Below are positions 39,401-51,400 of a stretch of DNA of 64,000 nt, in pieces. Location: positions 186,001 to 250,000 of the forward strand of contig NMRA01000048.1 of NCBI GenBank assembly GCA_002633005.1, given 5' to 3'. The stretch comes from Phoronis australis (lineage: Eukaryota > Animalia > Phoronida). Position 1 is the stretch's first letter. Every line of letters starts with the position of its first letter. A model generated the notes under the pieces. It saw nothing but the letters and a program-made list of their open reading frames with translations, searched no databases and had not been told where the DNA came from. A program made the position numbers and the translations under genes.

Positions 39401-42400
39401 GCCAGCAAAGCACTAGCCATACCTAGTCCTCCTCTGGACATCCAAGTATTAAATCACAAAATGTATTATACACACAAGAACACTCCATTTGGACAAACAC
39501 GATACACCGGACCGGAGCACAAAACACACCTGACAAAACACTACATAACAACCACTAACGCCTATGGTAACAAAGACACTTGGATCAACAGCAGACACAA
39601 CAAAGTCATTGTAAAAACGACAAAACTGCAAACAGCCTACCAAATCACAACTGATCAATAAGCTTGATTTAAGGGATGGCATCTTTTAAATAACTACACT
39701 AAAACAATTTAACAGCAGTCTAATTTACTAATTAATTACAAAAACACAAACTTGGTATAATCAACTTTGCAGTCAGCAAATTGCATAACTGTAGCATTTG
39801 CACGAAATTTAAAAGACAAGTTATGAAGTCATGAGGTACCACATTGACATCTCCACTATTAGTGTCACTTAGATTTATATTGTGCTAACTATTTTTCATT
39901 AGCAATTGGTGTGCATTTGGTGAGCTGGGAAATACAAAATGCTTTGTTTTTTAGGGAAAAAGTGTGTAAATCTAACCTACGGTGGTGAAGAAATCTGTAA
40001 TTTTTTTAGCTACAACCAAACAGTGCTGGAATGTTAACAATTTGTGCAGTGTGGTGATTCTAATCTGACCTTCATAAAAATAATAACAGACACCCATAAG
40101 TGGCGCATGATGTCACTGATACTAGTTAAATCTTCCATGAAATTTTTGAAGGCGGATCTGCAGAGAAAGAATGCTTTACAGATAAGCTATAGTTTTGTTT
40201 GAACATGTGGGAGAATTTTGAGCTGGATACTTTGACAGACAGCAATGAAAGCAAAGCTTTAAGCATATTTTGCACAGTTATTTCCAAAAACAAGATTATC
40301 ACAGAAATGACATAACCTACGCACAGTGCTTCCAAAGTATAAAGCACTTGAGCACCTTATGAAGCAAGAATCAATAGGGCTAGCAGTGCCCATAATGGGA
40401 CATACTTCTGGCCAGATGAATATAGTAATATAGTACAGAGGATTTTTCTGCATCTTTTCAACAAGTACAAATGTATATAAATATAGGTGGAGGCATGCCA
40501 TGCATATTTTCAATGTCAAATATCTCACCTGCGAAGAGTCCTAGTTCAAGAGGAAACAAAAGCGAAATTTTACTATAAAATCCGAGGCACAAACCAATCT
40601 TCCTAGCCTCAATTTACCTTCAACACACACGCAACAATCTGTCTCATTTAAGTGACTTAACACAAAACACTAGCTAACATACTACGTCTTACATGTTCAG
40701 TGAATAAACACGACAGAAAATGAGAATATATACTAGTGGCTCCCCCTTTATCCCCACATTGTACAACTGTCTTGAGCGAATCAGAGCTGGAGCACGTTTT
40801 GATTCGACTAAACAGCTATGTGAACACACCAAGCAGGGGCAAAATTGTTGTTTTGATATTGAAGCAGGAGTGAGCATATATACTCTGCAAGCTTTTCCCT
40901 TCCATACACCACCAGTGCCCCCACATTGCATCAAACAGGGCTTGGAACGACCAATGACTAAAAATGCGGAAACTTTTACGGCCCAAAATATGCGCGCTAC
41001 CCAGCCTTGAAACAGTTGATGTGAACTTTCGCCGACAAAAATCGGACTAAAAAAAAATTTAGAAAAAAACCGTTAACACCATCAGTAGCATGCGTCTGCG
41101 TCTTTTTATCTCATCCGTCCACTCCCCCACTCCCACCACCACACATTTTTGGCTGCAGAGCCGTAGTATTTGTCACCGCGGTTTACAATCATGCGAGACG
41201 CCATTGGCAATGTTGAAAATTTACGTTCCTCCGAAACATAAAGAGCAACTTCCGCTTTTCGAGGTGAACGTCGTCGGCAACGCCGCGGTAAGAAAGGAAT
41301 TTGCCGCGGAAATTTTATATCAAATCCGATTTTTTTACGTGGAAATATAATAAAATGTGCGGACAGAACATTTGAAAAAAGCAGAAATCCGCGTTTCCGC
41401 GGAAAATTCCAAGCCTTGATCAACTGTGCATGAGAGTCGCCCCTTTTCCAGTCAGCATGGGGTGTGACATTGTCCAATACCCCATAAGTTTGGCCTCTCA
41501 TATCGTATTTGAACACGCACAACTCCTTGTACGGTAGCACGTTTATTTATGAAAGATCTTGTCCTATATTATGGCTGTATGAAAGAAAGCAGTAAGTCTT
41601 CTATTTGTGTTCTTGAAGTGCCATTACTACCCATTGAGGAATGATTCATAATTAAGAATATTATCAGAACCTCGCAAACTCAATTAACAGATCCCATCCT
41701 CCAATGAATCACACTTCTCATAACTTGCTTTTATCCTCTTCTCATAGTCAGTGTCTAAGGCATACCCTGGCCATGAACTTTGTTTCCCCGCCAGCATCTG
41801 CTTTGAACGCTATTGAAAATGTCAACACTTAAGGATGCTCCCTAAGAAGAGACTATTTCATCTCACCTGCAGTGCACTTGTTAATTACGCAAAGTCTCTT
41901 GAGAGGTCAGTGCCTGGTACAATTACTTAATACAAATACAACAAAGCCACATCAAACATGCCTGAACTCCACACTAGAATACAATATTGTAACCAGTAGA
42001 CACACCCCTGCTTCACTCGACACTCACCTTCACACCTGACCTGTAGATGAACCTATAAGTGGCGCCATCTGCTAGTATCTTCCTGATCAGCAAGTGGTTG
42101 TTGTCGTAGATATTCTCCTGCGATAGGTCACCCCTCTGCCACTTGACTAGCGCTCCGTCAGAGTTGTACGTCAAGTTGACATTGACCAGAGAAGTGTTGG
42201 ACTGGAAGAACACTGGTTGACCAGCACGGTTGTAGTGAACCACCAGAAACTGGTTCTGACGACGATCCGTCACCGCTTCAACGCCAGTGATGCGGTTGTA
42301 CTCAAACGTGAACACATTCAAGCCGTTCAACTGCAAAATTGAAAGATCATCAATGAACGTAATGGTGAATCAATTATGATCTTTGTAGACAGACCCAAAA

Positions 42401-45400
42401 CGTATTAATTTGTTTTAATACACCTTTTCATAAAAATCAAGAACATAGAGAAATGTGAAAGATTGCCTAGAACTCTGTCCAGACAATTACGTTTCCATTT
42501 TGAAAACCCAACTTTTTGTTTTACATTTTCTGTCCACATATTTTTATCTTCACTTCCATAGAGAAAATACTAATGGGGTCACGATGTGAGCAAAGACCAT
42601 TTATTTTCCTATTTTACTTTGGTTTGATAGCGTGTTTTTATCACTCAAGTGAGCACAATGAAAATAGACATTTTTCAAAAAGTTGTGTTCTTGATTGCTG
42701 TTTCCTGTGGAGATTAAGCTTTCAAATAAAACTGCAACTGTGTGAACAGAACCTTCGTTACACCACAGAGAACTTAAGAATATACTCTATGAACATTTCT
42801 TCAGGACAGCGGTCATTTAAGTGTCACTCGGCCAAGATAACTTTTTCATGCTTCCAACCACATCTCAGTACACCATATAACTGGATAGGTTAACTGACCA
42901 AAAACAGGCAAACAAACACCGAGTGTCCCAGGGTGTCCCAAAATGTTCACTAAAATACAGTGAAATATGGCTATCAGGAAATGGTTTTACTGGCAACTAA
43001 CGTTTTTTTCACACTTTGAGAAATTCCAAAACCTTGTTTTTGGCAGGTAAACGTAGGAAAAGCACCAGTTAAGTCAAATTTAATTGTTGCATTTTGGCAC
43101 CAAACATTAACAGCTTTGCCAGTACGGGGCAAGTAATGAGCATTTTCAAAACAGCTGACACACTACGTCAGAGATAAATTCAAAAGAACTGTCCAGGCAA
43201 GATTTTTGTGTGAGATTTGAACGAAGAATGCAATAGTGAAATGAGAAGTGCTCATTCTGCTGAGCAGGCAAAGGTTGTAAGACAGTGCGCAGTGCAGAGT
43301 CCGCGAAAATATGTTTGCCCTATTTCTTTGAACAGCTGTAAGGTCACCCTATATTTGACGATGCAAGTTGATTAAAAGATAAATCACAAGTTGTTAGATG
43401 TTCAGTCATAGGAAACAATACATATATGGCGTGACTCTTTTGAACCAGTTGCTTAGTGGTTAAACTAAATGCAAGTCAGCGTTTTTCACAAACAAGACGA
43501 ACTGGACTATGACTCCAGGTCAGGTTAATTTTTGTTATAACACACACACTACTGTTTGTGGTTAAGGTGTAAACAGGTACGTGCAGTTACAAACTAAATC
43601 CTTGAATATTACATTTGAAAATAAGAATAAAGAAAGTACGCATACATTAAAAACCAAAAGTTCCGGGTGGAACACGGTTTGTCAACCACGTTATGTAAAT
43701 GCTACAGAGTGGAGAAAAAACAGGCTAACCATAACACCATGTATTGAAAAGTTAGAATGTGTAATAAAAGTAAGTGCAAGGATGGAAGACATCCCATGGA
43801 TATTCACAAGGAAAAACATGTAACCTTGTTATGGTTAAGACTATTTTGCTCCTCATCCGTAGCATTTTACCATATTGCACAGTTGAAGAAGAGCACACTC
43901 CTTGCAATGATTGGTTTTTAACACTACTATGTGTGCTGCCTATGTATAATCACATTAGTATCTGAATGATATCACCACCTCGTGATGTGCTGTTCACACA
44001 CTGAAATATTGGACATCCAAACTGATAATCAATACCACAGTTTAAGGGCATCAAAGTGTGGCTTTCAGCAAAATGTTTAAAAAAACAAGTAACCTAGATG
44101 CATACCATGTGAACTACAGTACAAGACAAAAGTAATCAGACAAAATACCATTTCCCTGTAATGACGGTTATTTCTATTAACATCAAAATTGACAAGTAAT
44201 TATCATTAAGGTGTCAAAATTCTAATTACAGAATGTCTTAGCCACCTAACTAACGTTCCTGTATTGCTTTACGTGACATGTAATTATCATGCTAGAGCAA
44301 AATAAAAAAATGTAAAAGAAAAACTTTCCTGTGAATTCCCCTCCATTCTCAGTTATCAAGGGAGACGACTTCGACGAGAAGTTTAGGGTCATTTTGTCTG
44401 AATACTTTTGACTTGTGATGTAAAACCAGTGAAGCGTGCTTATCTTATAAACCAGCGCAAATGCAGTAGCCATTAGCAAGGTGTTTCACCCGCAGGTTAG
44501 TAAGTTAGTCGAGGGACATACCGATAGTTGTTTAGTACTGTTGCCAGGTGTGACATGCGTGTTTTGTGACCGACGACGATGACGATGCCTATATTTCCCT
44601 ACCCTCAGTCTCCGTGCGACTGACTGAACATCCCGGCGACTCCTGGTGTCTTTCTGTGTCACATAGCGCCACTCCATGCGGTGCGACGGAGTACCCGGCA
44701 CCTGGATCTTTTGCTTCATCTGCATTGGGTATTGGGTGCCTAGCAACGGGTGCGGGTTAGTCTCCATGATAACCGCCATGCCCGATGGATACTCAACAAC
44801 AAGAGAGCCGTCGTTGGAAAATGTCACATTAGTTTTAGTTTGTCCTACAAAATGATAAAACACAGAACATCAGAATAACCAAAACAACTGAATTTGATTC
44901 TCAAAGTCAAGATCTGCCCCATGAGATAGTTGCCAGCAACAGATTATGAAAAAAAAACAGCTGTGGTCAACGGCTGTAGTGTAGAGAAATACATACGGTA
45001 GCCAGCTAGCTACTTTAGCAACAGACTCACCAATCCTCTTACCTAAGCAAACTGTCAGGACGAGCACAAGATGATGTTGGTGGCCACTCTTCACTAAACT
45101 AAATGAGACTAGGTGGGCGACGATGCTGAGCAGTGACTATGTATGGAGATTTAGCTCAGCTGGGACAAATGTTGGTTTAACGAGTTACACCTCCAGTTGC
45201 TTGGAACATTGTGCAGTGGGCATTCAGACAGAAGGGGCATTTTTTACAATTTAAATGTTAAAAAACAGGCATCACATTATTGTACCGAGATTAAAATCTA
45301 GTTTGAAAACACTGGCAAAGACGAACAAAAGCGATTAATTAGTTAATTAGGCAACAGTTAGAGAACATTGGAACACGTGATTTCAGAGAAAGGGACTACC

Positions 45401-48400
45401 ATGCTGAATGAGAATGATTTTAAAGATTAGACGAAGTGCAAAGTGACATGTTAAGTATTGTGACTTGGTTACACGTCTCATGGACAGTCTTGCACGGTTA
45501 ACCAGAGAACAGACATTTCTAGTGAGAACTGGTTTGTCCAAGCATTATCAAGTGAAATTTGAACAACTTTTAACAATAACACCAAACTCCCAGTTAAAAA
45601 AAAAAACCCTAAAAACTGATTAAATGAAATACTTTATGAGAAAAGCAACTTTCTCATTAGGTGTTTTTATCACAGGGACATCTAAGGAATTTGGCAACAA
45701 GGTATACGTTTTCAAACAAGAAAAACAGGTTTCAGTTAGGTAATTAAAGACAACAAGATGTAAATCATCATCTAATGCGCCTTAATTACAGCTGGGAATG
45801 AACTGGGAATTTGGAGATGTCAGAGAGTGAAAAGAAGACCATCAACAAGAAAGCCACACTTGCCATGCTGAACGATAAGCTGGTTGCCGTTAGCGATCAG
45901 TTGCGGACCAGATGCCACGCCCGACGTGTCGACATTAACAACAGCACCTGTCGAGTCAACATTTGTGCCGACGGAGGTTATCTCCCCTGTGGGTTGGACC
46001 ACTGTCAGCAGACGACCGTTGGAGTCGAAATCGTAAAAATACGTCTGCCCTGCACTGGTTGCTTTGGACAACAAAAGGCCCGTATCATCGTCGTAGGTTA
46101 AGGACACAGTTGATTTATCTGGAAGCGTGACTTTTTGCAGAAGACCTCGGCTGGTCACCTTGACCTTGCATATTTGGCCGCCTGGAGTGACAATTTCTTT
46201 AGCATCGTAATTGGAGTGGCGACGGATCTCGACTTCATTGTGACCCGAATCTGTGACCTTTGTCAGACGACCATAGAATGTATTGACATCATAGGTGAAA
46301 AAGTACATACTTCTGTCGGTCATGATATCTTTGGTCATTATGTGTTTGCCGTAGCGGTTGAACACGTAAATTTCCTGCGTGTCAGGGGAGACAACTTCAT
46401 ACTGACGTCGGCGGGTCGCTGATGGAATACTGGACAGTATGGAGTGCACCCGCAAGTTCCCCATATCAGCCACATGCAAGACGCCATCTGGTGTCACTGT
46501 GAGAGATGTTGGCTGATGCAAAAGAGCTTCAGATGCCATGATCTCGTCAGGGTTGTAACATTTGCACCCGGGCTGCGAGCAGTCGCATTTGGATCTGGAT
46601 CCAACATAATGTGAGATCTTCCCATCTGTGGTGATCACACGCACTCTGTGTATATGGCGATTGTCAGTCTCCACAATATAGATGTCACCTTGTGGTGCAA
46701 ATGCTATATTATGCGGTGAGATGAGCAGGATATCACGTGCCTGGTCATTGCTAAGGCGATCGTCGCCAAGGAGACTGAGCCCAGACCTCCTGCTGGTGAC
46801 AGACGGACAGTGGATTGGACGTCCAGCAACAATCAGCACCTTATGATCTGAAGTCAGCTTCAGCACCAGGTTATTGTCAAGGATCTGCAAACTGCCATCT
46901 ATTGGACTGATGGCAAGTGACGTAGGCCAACGCAGTGTCACCTAAAAGCATAGCAAACATTTCGTTTTAAGATCACGCAAACTGGTTGTGAAGAATTTAA
47001 TGCTCATACACAGCACAGAAGAAAAAAATCTGACAAATTTCACTAAGATATTTCACCAAACTTAGTGTGAATATATATAATTGTCATAAGTAATCATCTC
47101 ATTAAAATTTTTGCCAAACTTCACGGTGATCCTATCACCTGTTTGGTAGATAATCAAAGAAAGGATGACCGAAATACTAAAACTGACACACCAGGAAAAC
47201 GTGACGGAACATTCCAAAAATTGTCGCGTGACACACCCTCTTCAATACATTTACCAAATTTTGTAAAGATCCATCGAGAAACTTGGCAAATACAAAAACA
47301 TATGGATATGCGGGTGTATAAAAAGGCACACTGGAGTAACAATTAAACCAGTTCTCCCAATATGACATGAGTAATTACCGGTACAAATTTGGACTGCAAA
47401 ATTATGGCGAAAGTTATATATTACAACCAAGAAGTTGATAACAGTGTTGATAAAATTGTGTAGGACACAGGACACGCCACTCTTGTGCATAGTTTGCATA
47501 TCAGGTTCTTCTTGAGAGAAGTTTCGAGTTTGCCAGCCTTTTAAAAATGCAAAAGTTTCCCCTACCTCATCCCTGTTGGCAGGTCGGTCACATGGTAACG
47601 GGTTCCAGTCACCTGGCTGACCTTGTGACCCCAGAAGGGTGTGAATTTTCCCGTCAGTAGTTATGGTGCGGATATTGGCACCATCGGCGAAGTAAATCAC
47701 ACCATCTTTGTCAATGGCAATTCCTGAGTAAAAGCCAAAAAGTAATAAGATTACACTAAGTTTTTTCAAGGAATGGTTAGCATTGCCCTGAATTTATTTT
47801 TGGCTAAAACATAAAGACATTATCACTACATGGTGATACCTCAAGAAGTCTTACGTGTTCATGCATTTAGAAACCTGTGCTCATTAACTAAAAAAAAAAC
47901 ACCCGCTCACATCAATTTCAGTCAAGATCTTGTGTTATTTTTTGAAAAGCTACACAAAGGCAAATAAGCAAGAGTAATCGAGGTTTGAAATGCCAGGATT
48001 TGCCAAGCGGTGAGTAGAAAAACAAATTCCACATCATTTTTGCAGGTCTCAAGTGGATTTTCTTGATTGAAAGTGAGCAACAAAAAAATCGTACCACAGA
48101 CTGGACTTCCAAAAAAGTAACAAGAATCAACTACGCTTTTATGACCCAACAGATATTGAGTTGATTTTCACATAGTTTCACAATTCAAAACATTTACCAC
48201 TAGTAAATAGTCAACTGGCAACACCACTGCGTTAACAATAAAAAGAGAAAGCTATTAAATTCACACTTCACCAATTACAATACCTTTTGGGTGAGACAGT
48301 TTTGCGTTCACCGCCATTCCTCCGTCACCGCACTTGTCTGGGTCACCAGGGTCGCACTTAAAACCTGTCCCAGCGACAACGTCAAAGTTTCTTTCAACGT

Positions 48401-51400
48401 TTCTTGGAGTGCCCATGACTTTGATGCGAAGGATCTGCCCAAGATGCGAGTCAGAGATGTACAGCTTACCGTCCAGAGGACTGACGCTCATGTAGTACTT
48501 GTAAGGGACCAAGGCGGATCTAAAACAAAGATGGCGAGATACAAACCCAGTGTCATGGGTAGATGAAGTACTGTAAGGAATGAGAGAGGAGGAAGGCCAA
48601 ATGTGACAACAGTACTTTACATAGGATTTCAAAGCACAAGTCTAAAAGGGGGGAAGGTCAGAATCTCAACAGTATTAATTAAATCATCCTATGTATGACT
48701 TAGAAGAAACATGTGTGCCAGGACACTAGGTTTTCATCGAGCTATGTCTACAGTAAGAAAATTGACTTTCAGTGCCAAAAAGAAAAAAGAGGCACTATTT
48801 CAGGAACAAGATGAAATTGTTGTTAATGCACAACAGAGCTCCTACCACAGTTATTGCAGACCCAACTCTACAAGTTCCATGTTTTGTTAACAGTACCAAT
48901 AGACCCACAAATTAATTAAACACTTAATAGTAAGCATAAAAATGATGAAATCTACATAAAGCTATCTACAGCGACCCTATACCCAGACAAAATTTAACTA
49001 AAGCGCACCGCAATGACTTTAAAACGGTATTAGAACATTCAGTCTCTGGCTAGTAAGTCAAATCTACACGTTCTTGTGCAAACAAATACGCTTCACACGA
49101 TTAACACCATCACACCACGACATAGACGTTAGTATTGTATCAAACACATGTTATGCAGATCTAGCCAAAATATATTACCATGCACTCAAACATATAAATA
49201 ACAGAAATGTGTTATGAGTTATATCATGCTCATGCCACGCAGGGTTGGCAAAGAATGACAAAATGTTCGCCGACAATAACTTCACCAAACGAGTTAATGT
49301 TAAAATGTTATAAAAGTTTAATTTTTATTAATAAAAATCGAAAATTATCGTAAAAACAGACAGTTATGAGGCCACATTGTTTCAGCTATAACATCTAAAA
49401 ATTTTAATTCTCACACACTAGTTGTAGAACTTTTATTAACAAGGAAATGTTAAATTTAAATTGTTTCGATTACAGAATGAACAGAAAATTCTAAAACGAA
49501 TTATTGTCGACAACAGTTAACCCTCTTGCCCGACAGACAATATTTCGCCGTGCAGATATACTTACATGGCAATATCCTCGATTCGTTGACTAAAACTATA
49601 AGTAACATTCCCGTCAATACTAAACCGCACGTCATGCAGTTAAGACACACCTTTAATCAGCAGCAACACAACTTTGGGGGGTTAATTCCACGCCAAAACA
49701 TAACACGAAAGATTTAGAATATTAAATCAAAACATCCCCACTCTCAAAAAACCCAAAAACGTAAAATATGACATTTAAATATGGGTGACTGTCAAGTCCT
49801 TGTACTTCATAATGACAGCTTAAAGAAAACTCAGCAGCAGTCATGAATGCCAAATGAAAGATAGAGGCCAACTTTGGGTTCATAAATGAACGTAGATCTA
49901 CCTCGCGGATAAGCTCAGTGAAACAGTGTACTTTTCTCTAATTTAGTTAACAGTACAAGTGGAAGCAATAACTTCAGCCATCTAAGAGCATACCATACTG
50001 TTCTTACACTCATTGTATCTTCAGGGTTCAAGTCAACATCCACAACAGCCTCAAAGCTCCTATCATACAGCACCGTAGTATCCAAAACGAGCAACATTTT
50101 ATAGGCTACATTTGTAACTTTTGGGTTGATAAGGCGCAGTGCCCAGGGACCTTTTTCTCCAAGAGTCTAACAACCAAAAGTTGATTTTGACTTCGGCTTT
50201 TAGTCTGCTCCAAAGCAATCTATGGATTTCTACCTTTTGGATTCAAGCTGTAGACAGATTGTCCGACCTTTAGCCTCAATAGCTCAATTTCGTGAAGCGG
50301 GCAAAGCCATCTGCAGACTGAAGTCAAAGTCAAGAGACAGTGTACTCTTTGAGAAATGGCCCCCACATACGCTTGAGCAAACGGCTGCATTTTTAGAACT
50401 ATGCCATTTTGACTGTGCAATGAATTCTGGGAGATGACCGCAAACATGAGGAGACATGCTGGGTTGCTACACCCTCCATAAAATTGCAGTTAAAGTTTGG
50501 TGTGCAGTCGAAGACTTTTTCTAAATGTCTAGGTGTCATGTTAGTGTCATGCTTTACAGACACCTGTTGGTCACGTGCGACATAGTTACCTCAACAGCAG
50601 TATACTGGTGACATCTCTCATGTTTGGTGACAACTTCCTAATGTAGTTGTAGTCGCCGACGTACAACGAGCCATCGAGTCCACTCGCCATGGCTACTGGT
50701 GCGAGTAGCTTACTGTCTTTCGCGGGGCCGTCACAGCCGTTACAGTCACGTGGCCGGCGTTGGCCATTGCCGAGAATGGTGACGATTCTCTTCGGCCTCT
50801 GTTTCAAGTAGATGTTGGTTCCGTCACCCTTGTGCAAAATACCTATGAAAGACAAAGCATTTCCTTCATACATTCTTAAAGAATGATAAATATCTTGCAA
50901 GCACAGTGGTTTTGATGCCTATCAATTATCAGACTTTAGGTGAGCTAACCAAAAATAATAGGTGTTGATGATTGCATAATTTTGTTTAAGCTGTCCTGTG
51001 GCTACGTATGTAAAATTATATACGTAAGTTAAAAAGATGGTGGCCAGTGAAATGAATTGCAAGACATTAACGTAAAGCTACAAATGTGGCTAAGCTCTCC
51101 GACACAAAATTTATTGTTTTACCTTCTTGATAGTTGTATGTATGGTGAATGTCCAGATTCCATCGACCAATCTCCGATGATGGCATGTCATAGCCACTCA
51201 GTGTCGTCGACTGGCGCTCCCAGAACACGTGCTTGCATTCCTTGTACTCGTAGCCAACAGACACTGCAGTGAGCACAAGAAGGTCAGGTCAATGGACGAC
51301 AGTCAATTACACTACTGACTGACCGGATTGATGAACGGTAATTTGGCAGTCATTTCGTACGAACAAAATTAATGAAATTGTAATTTTTAATTTTTCAAAT

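Noticed and set aside
41106-41540. 144-aa minus ORF in a teneurin intron
   Set aside because: Overlaps the CpG-rich TIR element, has no recognisable domain, and the teneurin frame is complete without it.
48547-48570. Separate 24-nt microexon using donor gg|gtttgt
   Set aside because: The following intron would be only 27 nt, too short; treated as an alternative acceptor instead.
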